IMG/VR virus record: IMGVR_UViG_3300025519_000052
Location: 20,362-84,361 of that record
Length of the DNA: 64,000 bases
Strand: one strand, 5' to 3'
From: a virus
Lineage: Duplodnaviria; Caudoviricetes
Shown here: one piece after another, positions 9,805 to 19,354 of the stretch
Position numbering within the stretch: the first letter of the stretch is position 1
Layout: each line of letters begins with the position of its first letter
Notes under the pieces: model-generated
Told to the model about the DNA's origin: nothing
Seen by the model: the letters and a program-made list of their open reading frames with translations, nothing else
The model's database searches: none
Position numbers and translations under genes: made by a program

Positions 9805-10458
9805 ATGGAAAAATTGCAAGGCTATGAATTAAACAATAAAAATTTAATGAGATTTAAAGAAATTACTCATAAAATGATGGAGAAAAAATTTGTATATGAT
9901 GAAATTAAAGGACATCCAACAAAATATGAATTAATAAAGCACATTCCTGGCTGGGAAACTCTTGATATTAACCATTCTTCAATTAAACCCTTATTTGATA
10001 AATTTGTAATGAAAAGGTCTTATGAACCTGGTTCTGCAGAATTTTTATTGCCAGAAACCATTAATATGTTACCAGGATGGAATGTAGCTAACTCAACAAA
10101 GTCCGAAGATATGAAAGGTCACTACGATATACTAGTAACCAGTTTTAAATATAATATTATTGGAACTATCCAGGTATATTCTGGAAATGATTTTGATTAT
10201 CTAATGCAAAAGATGAAAAATGAAATGTTATCTCAAATTAAAAAAACAGGCAAGCGAAGTGTCTATATTCAATCTGTTTTTGATGGTGATTTTGCTCATA
10301 AGGATGAAAGGGCTTACAAATGGATTGATTATGATGGAAGTGTCAAAGCAACAGTTTTCTTTCAAACTCCTTATGGACTCGATATTAATACAGCCAAACA
10401 AATAGAAAAGAAGATTCTCTTACCATCTATGGTCAATAAGTTTACGTTTGATTTTTGA
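9805..10458 (+). CDS. Hypothetical protein, possible PD-(D/E)xK-like nuclease fold
   Basis: AEF...SEDMKGHYDILV...IGTIQVY pattern; the expected Lys is replaced by Tyr. Confidence 0.4.
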   Translation: MEKLQGYELNNKNLMRFKEITHKMMEKKFVYDEIKGHPTKYELIKHIPGWETLDINHSSIKPLFDKFVMKRSYEPGSAEFLLPETINMLPGWNVANSTKSEDMKGHYDILVTSFKYNIIGTIQVYSGNDFDYLMQKMKNEMLSQIKKTGKRSVYIQSVFDGDFAHKDERAYKWIDYDGSVKATVFFQTPYGLDINTAKQIEKKILLPSMVNKFTFDF

Positions 10459-10499
10459 TAGATATAAATATTTTAGAAAATATACGGAGGTTCTAAAAT

Positions 10500-11309
10500 A
10501 TGAATTATGCCGATCAAATATTTAAACAAAATTTAAAAGAAATTCTTAATGAAGAATTTGAAATAGATAACAGAGCAAAATGGAAAGATGGCACTCAAGT
10601 TTACACTAAAAGAATCATTTCTGTTGTAAACAAATATGATCTTTCAAAAGAATTTCCAGCTATTACTTTAAGACCTATTGGAATTAAATCAGTATTTAAA
10701 GAATTAGATTGGATTTATCGAAAACAGTCCAATAATATTAATGATTTAGGATTAAAAATTTGGGATTCATGGGCTGATGAAAATGGATCAGTTGGTAAGA
10801 CTTATGGCTATCAAATTTCAAAGCCTGTATTTGGTTATGATAATCAAATTGATTATATCCTGGGAGAAATTCAAAAGAATCCTACTTCTCGAAGACTGGT
10901 TGTGGAAATGTGGAATGTCAATGAATTATCTGAAATGAATCTACCACCATGTTATCATAATTTGCAATTTTTAATCAAGAACGGAAAGCTTCATTTAATT
11001 TTGAAACAACGTTCTTTAGATATGATAACTGCAGGAAATTGGGATGTTGTCCTTCATGCCCTGTTAGTTCATATGATTGCCAGACATTGCAATTTAGAAG
11101 TTGGTACATTAACTCATATCATTGGTGATATGCACATTTATAATAAACATATTGACCAAGCTTATGAAATGTTGAATAGAAAAAGTTTAGAAGCTCCGAA
11201 ATTTTGGTTAAATCCAGAAGTTAAAAATTTCTATGACTTTACTGAATCAGATGTGAAATTAACATATAAAGAAAAACATCCACAATTAAAATTTGAAGTA
11301 GCAATTTAA
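10500..11309 (+). CDS. thyA: Thymidylate synthase-family enzyme with Asp at the Asn177 position (possible dCMP methylase/hydroxymethylase)
   Basis: KELDW, SRR, LPPC (Cys151), QRSLDMITAGNWD (Asp182), GDMHIY, EVAI C-terminus. Confidence 0.92.
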   Translation: MNYADQIFKQNLKEILNEEFEIDNRAKWKDGTQVYTKRIISVVNKYDLSKEFPAITLRPIGIKSVFKELDWIYRKQSNNINDLGLKIWDSWADENGSVGKTYGYQISKPVFGYDNQIDYILGEIQKNPTSRRLVVEMWNVNELSEMNLPPCYHNLQFLIKNGKLHLILKQRSLDMITAGNWDVVLHALLVHMIARHCNLEVGTLTHIIGDMHIYNKHIDQAYEMLNRKSLEAPKFWLNPEVKNFYDFTESDVKLTYKEKHPQLKFEVAI

Positions 11310-11381
11310 ACTTAAGAAAGATGCAGACTATCTAAAGTTTTTTATTTACACTATCTGATCGCTCGATATAAATATATCGAG

Positions 11382-11591
11382 GTGATTTTATTGAGCAGAT
11401 TAAATACTATGGCCCGTTTTGATGGACCAGATGAAAAAGAACCAAAAGTTATTGATTATTGTTATTCATGCAATGCTGAACTCTATGAAGGTGAAGAAGT
11501 TGTAGCTCTTGAGGATTTTTTATTTTGTGATATTGATTGTCTTTTCGACGCAATAAAATATAAGACTCTGGAGGAAAATAAATATGTTTGA
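11382..11591 (+). CDS. Small Cys-rich hypothetical protein
   Basis: CYSC...CDIDC; probable start is the ATG at about 11408. Confidence 0.6.
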   Translation: MILLSRLNTMARFDGPDEKEPKVIDYCYSCNAELYEGEEVVALEDFLFCDIDCLFDAIKYKTLEENKYV

Positions 11592-12027
11592 AAAACCTTG
11601 TGATGAAAAAGTATGTCCTGTTTGCTTGGCTTGTTGTAGCAGAATCTCTGAATTAGAAAATGACCTTCATTCCCTAGTTGTTGAAAATGAAAAGCTTAAA
11701 GCAGACTTTAAAATGTTTGATTTTTATAAGGAACAATACAACAATTATTTAAGTGAAGATTATCATTGGTTAATGGAACAAGCTGAATATATTGAGAAAT
11801 TAGAGCTAGAGATAAACGATTTGCGATCAGAAGTCCAAGAATGGCAACAATTTTATAATGAATCCGAAGAAAGCCATTTAGAAACGATGGAATTGCTGAA
11901 AGACATTGTGAATCAAAATAAACGCTTACGCAAGTCTATAATCAAAGCTATTTCCGACATTGAGGTGATTAATCTGCATGAAGCGAAAAAGACATTAAGA
12001 GAGGCACTAAATGATGATGAAAATTGA
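11584..12027 (+). CDS. Coiled-coil hypothetical protein
   Basis: CPVCLAC followed by heptad-rich sequence; overlaps the upstream stop. Confidence 0.65.
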   Translation: MFEKPCDEKVCPVCLACCSRISELENDLHSLVVENEKLKADFKMFDFYKEQYNNYLSEDYHWLMEQAEYIEKLELEINDLRSEVQEWQQFYNESEESHLETMELLKDIVNQNKRLRKSIIKAISDIEVINLHEAKKTLREALNDDEN

Positions 12028-12126
12028 CAGTAAATGAAACGGAAGGGGAACAATAGAAATAAAATTCTGAACACTTTCGAGGTGCAAAATCCTTGCTTGC
12101 CTTAAGAAGAACAAGAAAGTGAATTT

Positions 12127-12210
12127 ATGATTTTAACCTTTATTAGTTGGATTGTTTCTATTCTTTCTCTGATTGTTTCAATTGTCGTAATGATTCAGTA
12201 CAAGAACTAA
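12127..12210 (+). CDS. Possible 27-aa membrane peptide
   Basis: MILTFISWIVSILSLIVSIVVMIQYKN by manual translation; weak RBS. Confidence 0.3.
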   Translation: MILTFISWIVSILSLIVSIVVMIQYKN

Positions 12211-12346
12211 TATCATATGCCACTCCATAATGAATAATAAATAAAATAAGTATATGACTTTGAAGGTAAAAACCTATGAAACGAACAAATAAATTAACTA
12301 ACAGCATCTTGAAACTTCAATGTGAAAATGAGGAGTAGTATAATAA

Positions 12347-13156
12347 ATGAGTAAAGAATTACTTGGAAGTTTAGAATTAAATCGTGTGTATCAAATGGAC
12401 TGCTTGGAAGGTATGAAGTTATTGCCTGATAAGAGCATTGATATGATTCTGTGTGATTTACCATATGGAACAACTGCATGTAAATGGGATACAATAATTC
12501 CTTTAGATAAACTTTGGGAGCAATATAAAAGGCTAATCAAAGACAATGGCGCAATTGTTTTGACATCTTCACAACCTTTTACAACTAAGCTGATAAGTTC
12601 AAATATGGAAATGTTTAAATATTGTTGGTATTGGATTAAAAGTAAACCTAATGGTTGGCAACACGCTAAAAATAAACCAATGACTAAAGTTGAAGAGGTG
12701 TGCGTGTTTTCAAAAGCACCTATGGGGCATAAAAGCCAACTAGGAGATAGAAGAATGATATACAACCCACAAGGGGTCAAGTCGGCTGGAAAGAAAAAGG
12801 TGACAGAGGTTGCTCACGGAAGAATGATGGGCGCAAGACCAAATCAAGTAGGTAAAGAATACGAAGCGTTTACAGGTTTTCCACATAATGTATTGGAATA
12901 TCCTAATATTATTGGAAAACAAGCATTGCATCCAACACAAAAGCCTGTTAAATTGTTTGAATATCTTATTAAAACTTACACAAACGAAAATGAAATTGTT
13001 TTAGATAATTGTTTAGGTTCTGGAACTACCGCAGTCGCTTGTGAACTAACCAACCGTAAATGGATTGGGTTTGAAACAGAAAAAGAATATATTGAAATTA
13101 TCAATAAAAGATTAGACCAAATACAACTTGATAATGACTTAAAAGATTATGAATAA
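12347..13156 (+). CDS. DNA amino-methyltransferase (N6-A/N4-C, beta class)
   Basis: ILCDLPYG, HPTQKP, VLDNCLGSGTT. Confidence 0.92.
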   Translation: MSKELLGSLELNRVYQMDCLEGMKLLPDKSIDMILCDLPYGTTACKWDTIIPLDKLWEQYKRLIKDNGAIVLTSSQPFTTKLISSNMEMFKYCWYWIKSKPNGWQHAKNKPMTKVEEVCVFSKAPMGHKSQLGDRRMIYNPQGVKSAGKKKVTEVAHGRMMGARPNQVGKEYEAFTGFPHNVLEYPNIIGKQALHPTQKPVKLFEYLIKTYTNENEIVLDNCLGSGTTAVACELTNRKWIGFETEKEYIEIINKRLDQIQLDNDLKDYE

Positions 13157-13329
13157 CCGCACATTTTAAATTTTAATAGATAAGCTGTGTGGAATGAGTG
13201 CTTATATTACTATAGTCTAATTAGTTTTCCCTTATTCCTCACCTAATTTAGCCCAAAATATGCTGATGAAGTCATAAAAGAATATAATGAAAAAATTAAA
13301 GAGAGCAAATAATGCTCTCTTTTTATTTG

Positions 13330-13385
13330 GTTAACTAAGGTTGACACAGTTAACCGTTGGCATTATTATAAAGAAAAGTTAACCA
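13330..13385 (+). promoter_or_regulatory. sigmaA-like promoter overlapped by three GTTAAC sites
   Basis: GGTTAACT, TTGACA, CAGTTAACC, TATTAT, AGTTAACC directly upstream of ORF 13394. Confidence 0.5.
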
Positions 13386-13393
13386 GAAAAGGA

Positions 13394-14281
13394 ATGATTA
13401 AAATGAGCACATATAGTGAGTTACTTGGAATTAAAGTTAAACCAGAAACAAAAGAAAATATCATGAAGTTAACTGAAAAATTAACTCAGGCTGGTCGAAT
13501 TGATTATAAAGGTGATGTTATTGATTATTTAATTCAACGTGCCGATTTGAGAGATTTATCTGAAGAAATTTCTTATGGCGGCTATCTTAGAGACTTGCAA
13601 CAACAAACCAAAAGAATTGAAGAAATATTTGTTTCCTTGGCTAAACAGAATGAGGGAAATTTGGAATTTACCAAAAAAGAAATGCAAGGAAAGATAATTG
13701 AACTTCAAGAAGTTGTTAATCAATTGGAGCGAGAGAAAAACGAACTTGAAATGCAGTTAGCTGAAGAAAAGTCTAAAATAGAAGAGTTAACTGGGTTAAT
13801 CGAAGTTAATCAAAAAGCAGTAAATGATTATTCTGATCGTATTGAAGAACAGAAAAATACAATTAGCATTATGAGTGCTAATATGAAAGCGCTTGAAGAT
13901 AAAGTAAAAACTCTAAAGCAATTAGAAGATACTAATAGAAAATTGAATCAAGATTTAACCAATAAAGAATTTTATCTGAAAGAGCTAACTGATAAAGTAT
14001 CTAGCCTAGAAAAATCGATTCAAGAACAAAAAGATTATTATGAGAAGAAAATAGAAATGCAAAATTTTGAATGGGAAAAAGCATTATTTGAAAAAGAAAG
14101 AGAATTTCAAAATCACTTCCAGAGTATGGCAGATGAACTTTATAAGCAGCGTGATGATTACATTTCTAAATATGATGAAAAACTCTCTTCCCTTCAGGAT
14201 AAATATAATACTCTTTTAGAAGAAAAGCAAAAATTGGAAGCTCAATTAAATAAAGAAGGAAATAAAAACCGGAATGATTAG
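13394..14281 (+). CDS. Long coiled-coil protein with probable N-terminal DNA-binding domain (KfrA-like architecture)
   Basis: LLGIKVKPETKENI N-terminus, then about 230 aa of heptads. Confidence 0.6.
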   Translation: MIKMSTYSELLGIKVKPETKENIMKLTEKLTQAGRIDYKGDVIDYLIQRADLRDLSEEISYGGYLRDLQQQTKRIEEIFVSLAKQNEGNLEFTKKEMQGKIIELQEVVNQLEREKNELEMQLAEEKSKIEELTGLIEVNQKAVNDYSDRIEEQKNTISIMSANMKALEDKVKTLKQLEDTNRKLNQDLTNKEFYLKELTDKVSSLEKSIQEQKDYYEKKIEMQNFEWEKALFEKEREFQNHFQSMADELYKQRDDYISKYDEKLSSLQDKYNTLLEEKQKLEAQLNKEGNKNRND

Positions 14282-14518
14282 AGTTAAAACTTCATGGATT
14301 GTCTGAAGTAGAAATAAAAATTTAATACCATTCCACCATTAAATATGGTGGATTTTTTTATTCCTCAGTTTACATCTTAAAACCTGCAGATATAAAGATT
14401 ATGTAATTTTTATTGATGATGATTTTTAAAAAATATCTAAGATGCAGCTTACAAACGAAAATCATCAGATATAAAAAAATTGAAATTAAACAAATCTTTA
14501 AATCGGAGGAATTTTATT

Positions 14519-15508
14519 ATGGAAAATACTCAACTTCGCCAGCTACAAAATACTGTTGAAATTATTGGTACTTTGAAATCTAAAGATTTAGAAGTTCGTA
14601 CTTCCAAAAAAGGCAATCAATATATGTCTGGCAATTTAGTAGTTCAATCGGTTGTTGATAATAAAATTAATGAAACAAGGGTAAGAGTTTTCACTATGCA
14701 ATCTTCCAAATTGTTTAAAGGAATTGAAACTGTTAAAAACGAGTACAAATCAATTGATGAATATGGTGAAGAAAATGCAGATCGAATTCGAGTAATTGGT
14801 GAATTGGGATTAAATGAGTATTATAATCAACAAGGCAACTTAGTTCAATTTAATGAAGTTAGAGGCGTTTTCTTCAATCGTTTAGACAAAGAAAATAAGC
14901 AACCAGATAAAGCTATTGCTTCAATTGAAACTGTTGTTGAAAATTTTGTTGAAAAAACTGATAAAGATGGTCTTCCAACCGGTGAATATGCTGTCAATGG
15001 TTTTACTGTTGGATGGGGAAATGAAGTTATTGAATTGAAAAATGTAGTAATTGGTAAAGAACTTGCTCAATCATTTATGGACTTATATCAACCTGGCTCA
15101 ACTGGTCTATTAACATATAAACTTAATAACTATGTTGAGGTTGAAGAAAGACAAGAAGAACAAAATACTACACATGGATTTGGATCTAGTGAAAAAGTTT
15201 CCAGTTCAAATATTATCAAAAACTATGTAAATAACATTGAAATTATCGGTGGCGATATGCCATTCTTCGGTTCTAAGGAATACACACCAGATGAAATTGC
15301 GGCTGCAAAGAAAATTCGTGCTTTAAAATTGCAAGAATTACAACAACCGGCACCTGAAATTCCACAAACCAATACTGGATTTGGACAAAAACCTTTGACA
15401 ATGAAAGACATTGATAGTCAAATGCCAACAAATATGATGGACGGTAACCAAAATCCATTTGATGCAATGAATAATCTAAATGATGATGACGAAATGCCAG
15501 ATTTTTAA
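14519..15508 (+). CDS. Single-stranded DNA-binding protein (SPbeta YorF-like)
   Basis: OB-like N-terminus (EIIGTLKSKDL), acidic DDDEMPDF tail; RBS AATCGGAGG before the ATG at 14519. Confidence 0.75.
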   Translation: MENTQLRQLQNTVEIIGTLKSKDLEVRTSKKGNQYMSGNLVVQSVVDNKINETRVRVFTMQSSKLFKGIETVKNEYKSIDEYGEENADRIRVIGELGLNEYYNQQGNLVQFNEVRGVFFNRLDKENKQPDKAIASIETVVENFVEKTDKDGLPTGEYAVNGFTVGWGNEVIELKNVVIGKELAQSFMDLYQPGSTGLLTYKLNNYVEVEERQEEQNTTHGFGSSEKVSSSNIIKNYVNNIEIIGGDMPFFGSKEYTPDEIAAAKKIRALKLQELQQPAPEIPQTNTGFGQKPLTMKDIDSQMPTNMMDGNQNPFDAMNNLNDDDEMPDF

Positions 15509-15591
15509 TAAATTGGTAACTTATCAAATTTGAAGGGATTAAATATATCCCTTCTCCCCTATTTTAAATTAAAACCAGGAGGAAATTTTGA

Positions 15592-16332
15592 ATGGGCAAT
15601 AAATATGACGATATTCGTTGGAAATGGTTGGCTGAACGAGGATTTAATGTCTTAGCTGATAAACACCAATATGCTTATGCTCAAAGTTTATTTGCGAGCC
15701 CTGACGTTGTAACTGGAGTTTTTTGTGATGCAAAAGCTGGAACTGGTAAAACAACAATTGCCACTTTAATTGGTGCATATGAAGTGGAACGAGGAAATTA
15801 TGACAGAATTATTTATGTGAGAAACGCTGTTCCAGTTCGTGATATTGGCTTTCTTCCTGGTGGAATTGGTGAAAAAGAATTGCCTTATATGTTGCCATTT
15901 ATTGAAGCTCTTGACCATGTTCAACCTGGATTATTTGAAAAATGGTCATGTCAACAAGAAGATGGAAAGAACAAAGATAAAGAAACTCCAAAGGTTCAAG
16001 TTACTACTTCTGCTTATTCAAGAGGTATTACTTGGAATAATGCTTTTATTATCATTGATGAATTTCAATCTTTCGACCTTAATGAAGCACAAACTGTTTT
16101 AACAAGACCAACTGATAACTGTAAAGTTGTTGTTATTGGATCAACAAGACAAAATGATAATCCAAAAAATAAAATTAATGGAATGACTCCGTTCGAAATA
16201 TATATGAGACATTTTCAAGGTTATCCGGTAGCTTTCCATAAACTTGAAACTAACTATCGTGGATGGTTATCAACTAGAGCTGATGAAATACATGAGACTA
16301 TTGAGAAGTTAAAATCGGAGGAAATATCATGA
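15592..16332 (+). CDS. phoH: PhoH-family ATPase
   Basis: AKAGTGKTT, GFLPG...EK, RGITWNNAFIIIDEFQ, VVVIGSTRQND. Confidence 0.92.
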   Translation: MGNKYDDIRWKWLAERGFNVLADKHQYAYAQSLFASPDVVTGVFCDAKAGTGKTTIATLIGAYEVERGNYDRIIYVRNAVPVRDIGFLPGGIGEKELPYMLPFIEALDHVQPGLFEKWSCQQEDGKNKDKETPKVQVTTSAYSRGITWNNAFIIIDEFQSFDLNEAQTVLTRPTDNCKVVVIGSTRQNDNPKNKINGMTPFEIYMRHFQGYPVAFHKLETNYRGWLSTRADEIHETIEKLKSEEIS

Positions 16333-16814
16333 AAGGTTATTTAGCAAACGGATTATTTTCAATAGGAGATAGGCTTGTAAATGAGATGATTGCAAAAGAA
16401 GTAAGAAAAGAAATTCCAAACATTGAGTTATATGTTCCTCAAGAAAATGATGATATTAATGATAAACAATCATATGCTGATAGTTTATTAATTGCTCAAG
16501 CTGATTCTCAAAAACTTTTAGAAAGTGATTTTTTGATTGCAGTCATTGATGGTGTAGAGATTGACTCGGGTGTAGCAGCAGAGATTGGTTTATTTTCTTC
16601 GTTAAAAAAGCCAATTTATGGTTTATATACTGATGTTAGACAACTTGGTAGAGACAATAATTTAAAAATTGAAGCACTTATAAAAGATGGGACGGAAAAT
16701 CAATTTATGTATAGAAATTTATTTGTTGTAGGATTAATAAAACAAAATGGTTTGATATTTTCTGATATTAAAAGTCTAATTTCACAACTTAAAGAAGATA
16801 TTTATAATATCTAA
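16329..16814 (+). CDS. Nucleoside 2-deoxyribosyltransferase-family protein
   Basis: YLANGLFS, YVPQE, DGVEIDSGVAAEIG, NLFVVG. Confidence 0.88.
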   Translation: MKGYLANGLFSIGDRLVNEMIAKEVRKEIPNIELYVPQENDDINDKQSYADSLLIAQADSQKLLESDFLIAVIDGVEIDSGVAAEIGLFSSLKKPIYGLYTDVRQLGRDNNLKIEALIKDGTENQFMYRNLFVVGLIKQNGLIFSDIKSLISQLKEDIYNI

Positions 16815-16906
16815 TATTATCAGAGGAATAGTCCCCTCCTCTTATTTTTTTTAATTCCATTTACGTTTGAAAATTATCAGATATAAATAATTAGGAGGTT
16901 AAATAA

Positions 16907-17140
16907 ATGAAATATAAATACAAAGTTGGTGATAAAGCAATTGTTTACCAACAAATTTGTGGTCATCAATTTGAACTTGGCTCCATTGTTACAATTGTGA
17001 AGTTTTCTTCAAATAGTGATTATTTTCAAGCAAATGATGGAAAGAACACTTGGTATGTCTCTAGGGATGAAATTTTTCCTTATGAACTTCTAAAAAATAA
17101 AATTTTAGAGAAATTACAAAATGGAGAATATACTTATTAA
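16907..17140 (+). CDS. Small SH3/KOW-like hypothetical protein
   Basis: YKYKVGDKAIV start; phage-type promoter at 16860. Confidence 0.6.
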   Translation: MKYKYKVGDKAIVYQQICGHQFELGSIVTIVKFSSNSDYFQANDGKNTWYVSRDEIFPYELLKNKILEKLQNGEYTY

Positions 17141-17156
17141 TGATGAGGTGGATTTA

Positions 17157-17297
17157 ATGAGATTATTAAGTTATTCAATTGGCGTTACTGCGGGAGGTTA
17201 CCTCATGTATAATATACTTCACCCTTATCCTTTAGGTATTTTAGTAGATGCAATAACAATTGTATTATGTGCAATTTCAAATAATAATTCAAAGTGA
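17157..17297 (+). CDS. 46-aa membrane protein
   Basis: GAGGTG RBS; MRLLSYSIGVTAGGYLMYNILHPYPLGILVDAITIVLCAISNNNSK. Confidence 0.45.
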   Translation: MRLLSYSIGVTAGGYLMYNILHPYPLGILVDAITIVLCAISNNNSK

Positions 17298-17400
17298 TTA
17301 TGGTTGGTTGATTTGTAAAAGTGGAAAATGGTGAGTTGTTGGCACGAAAGCGAAAATTATTAATCATCTATTAAACAAAATTCAAAAAGAGGTTGATAAA

Positions 17401-17919
17401 ATGAGTATAATTGACGAACAAAAAGAAGTCGTAGATCGTTTAGTTAAAGCATTAGGATATATCGATCTTGCAAAATCATCTTTTATGGTTGGCGGATTTG
17501 TGTCGGAATATAATGCGAAAGATAGTTTAGAAGAAGTCGCTAAGCAAATTCGTGAGGAAATTGAGATCCATAAGAGTCATATTCGTAGATTGTCAAAAAA
17601 ATATCGTAAGTTGACTCGTAACGAGATCATCGAAAAAGCGAAACGAGAAGTAGAAGAGACACGGAATGATCCAATTAAAATGGAAGGATTACTTGCGACA
17701 TTTGTAGTAGATAAAGAAAAACGAACTGTAACTACTTTATTAGCATCTGTTTCAACTGGAATGGTTGAAAGAAAAGGTGTTGCTAAATGTCACCCAGATG
17801 ATTATTTCAATGTTCATATTGGTAAGATTATATCTCTCCGACGTGCTCTAAGACTTGAAGTACCTTCTGAGTATTTGAATGTGCCACATCCGACAGAATT
17901 TTGTGAAGGAGGATTGTGA
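17401..17919 (+). CDS. Hypothetical Bacillus-phage protein
   Basis: KGVAKCHPDDYFNVHIGKIISLRRAL motif recognisable from Bacillus phage proteins. Confidence 0.65.
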   Translation: MSIIDEQKEVVDRLVKALGYIDLAKSSFMVGGFVSEYNAKDSLEEVAKQIREEIEIHKSHIRRLSKKYRKLTRNEIIEKAKREVEETRNDPIKMEGLLATFVVDKEKRTVTTLLASVSTGMVERKGVAKCHPDDYFNVHIGKIISLRRALRLEVPSEYLNVPHPTEFCEGGL

Positions 17920-17921
17920 TA

Positions 17922-18077
17922 ATGGAGAGAGTAAAAGCAAAAGTATCTGCAACTGCATCAGTGGAATTGGTTGCAATTATCAAAAAATATAATAATGGAC
18001 AAATCGAACTCGATGAAATTTTAGATATTTTAGACTTAGATGACATTGATGATATAGAAGTCAAATCAGAATTTTAA
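17922..18077 (+). CDS. 51-aa acidic hypothetical protein
   Basis: GGAGG RBS; MERVKAKVSATASVELVAIIKK... Confidence 0.5.
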   Translation: MERVKAKVSATASVELVAIIKKYNNGQIELDEILDILDLDDIDDIEVKSEF

Positions 18078-18148
18078 TGTAGATTTATTGATCACCGTCA
18101 TAATTTCGAAGTTAACACATATTACGAACTAAAAAGAGGTTTAAAAAA

Positions 18149-18340
18149 ATGGAAAAAGTATCATTGGAAAAATGTAAATGGTGTAACGGAACGGGTAATG
18201 GAGCATCCCACATTATGGATACTTCATATCCATGTCCCGATTGCGAAGGAACAGGTTATAAAGAAGGAAAAAGAGCTGAACTGTATCTTGATTATTTGAT
18301 GGAAGAAAGACATAAAGAAGAAATGAACAAAATCAAATAA
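18149..18340 (+). CDS. DnaJ-type zinc-finger protein
   Basis: CKWCNGTG and CPDCEGTG. Confidence 0.75.
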   Translation: MEKVSLEKCKWCNGTGNGASHIMDTSYPCPDCEGTGYKEGKRAELYLDYLMEERHKEEMNKIK

Positions 18341-18386
18341 TTGGTAATATTTTCGAAAATCCGGAGTTGTTGGAGGCGAACGATGA

Positions 18387-18923
18387 ATGAACTTACAAAA
18401 ATTATTTGAAGCACAATTTGAATTAGATGAACGAATTATTGAAAAGAAAGGATTACAGGGAGTTGATTTGCTTCCGAACTTAATCATAGCATTGCAAGTT
18501 GAACTTGGCAAATGTGCACAAGAATGGAGAGGGTTTAAACTTTGGAGTAGTAGACAAGAACCAGTGACTGAAGATTTAAGGGTAGTGGATTTCAAAGGAA
18601 ATGGAGAAGCAATTATTGAAACATACAACCCACTTCTTGAACAATATGTCGACTGCTTGAATTTTACTCTATCAATTGGCCTTCATCTCTATAATGAGGT
18701 CGTTTCAGCAGACTTGTATGGTTTTAGAAGAACTAACATTCTAGATCAATTTAAAACTCTTTTTCATTATTCAACCATGTTATCTGGTGATTATTGTTAT
18801 TGGCGTTTTTTTGAGTATTTAATTGGTCTCGGTGAGATGTTTGGTTTTACCTGGGATCAGATTGAACAAGTCTATTTTGAAAAGAATGAGAAAAATCATA
18901 GCCTTCTGGAAGATGGATATTGA
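18387..18923 (+). CDS. Dimeric (all-alpha) dUTPase homolog with altered catalytic motifs
   Basis: ALQVELGKCAQEWRGFK, LLEQYVDCLNF, KNEKNHSLL; several usually acidic, His or Arg positions differ. Confidence 0.8.
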   Translation: MNLQKLFEAQFELDERIIEKKGLQGVDLLPNLIIALQVELGKCAQEWRGFKLWSSRQEPVTEDLRVVDFKGNGEAIIETYNPLLEQYVDCLNFTLSIGLHLYNEVVSADLYGFRRTNILDQFKTLFHYSTMLSGDYCYWRFFEYLIGLGEMFGFTWDQIEQVYFEKNEKNHSLLEDGY

Positions 18924-18934
18924 GGTGAAAAAAG

Positions 18935-19066
18935 ATGATTGTAAAAAAAGAATGGCGCAGTAAAAAGACAGTTGGAAGCAAATTCACATCTCCATTATAC
19001 ATTTATACCGGATACTTTCTTTTTGGAGTTATTCCAGTTTATATCCATAGAGAATTAAACGTGTAA
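18935..19066 (+). CDS. 43-aa hypothetical protein
   Basis: GAGGTG RBS; ...YTGYFLFGVIPVYIH... Confidence 0.5.
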   Translation: MIVKKEWRSKKTVGSKFTSPLYIYTGYFLFGVIPVYIHRELNV

Positions 19067-19087
19067 AATAAAAAAGATCATGCTTTA

Positions 19088-19300
19088 CCTAGTCTGTAAA
19101 ATATTTGTTCATCTACCTATATTTTACACTGGGAGGGCTTGAAGCTGCAGCCTTAGAAGCAACTCTTCATTTCATTGATAATATTTAAAAAATTGTTTAA
19201 AATTTATTAAAAAAATTATTAAAAACGATTTACACTTTTATTTAATCTGATATAAATAATATGTAATTTGATTAAATAAATTTTTAAATCAATTAGATAA
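19088..19300 (+). repeat. Direct repeat copy 1 of a ~200-bp promoter module
   Basis: CCTAGTCTGTAAAATATTTGTT...ATTTAAAAAATTGTTTAAAA...TTTACA-N14-GATATAAA...GTAATTTGATTAAAT recurs at 19882-20040. Confidence 0.8.
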
Positions 19301-19354
19301 TAGTGTGAACATAACATGTAGGAGTGGATAAGTACAGGGAAGGGGAATGAAGGA

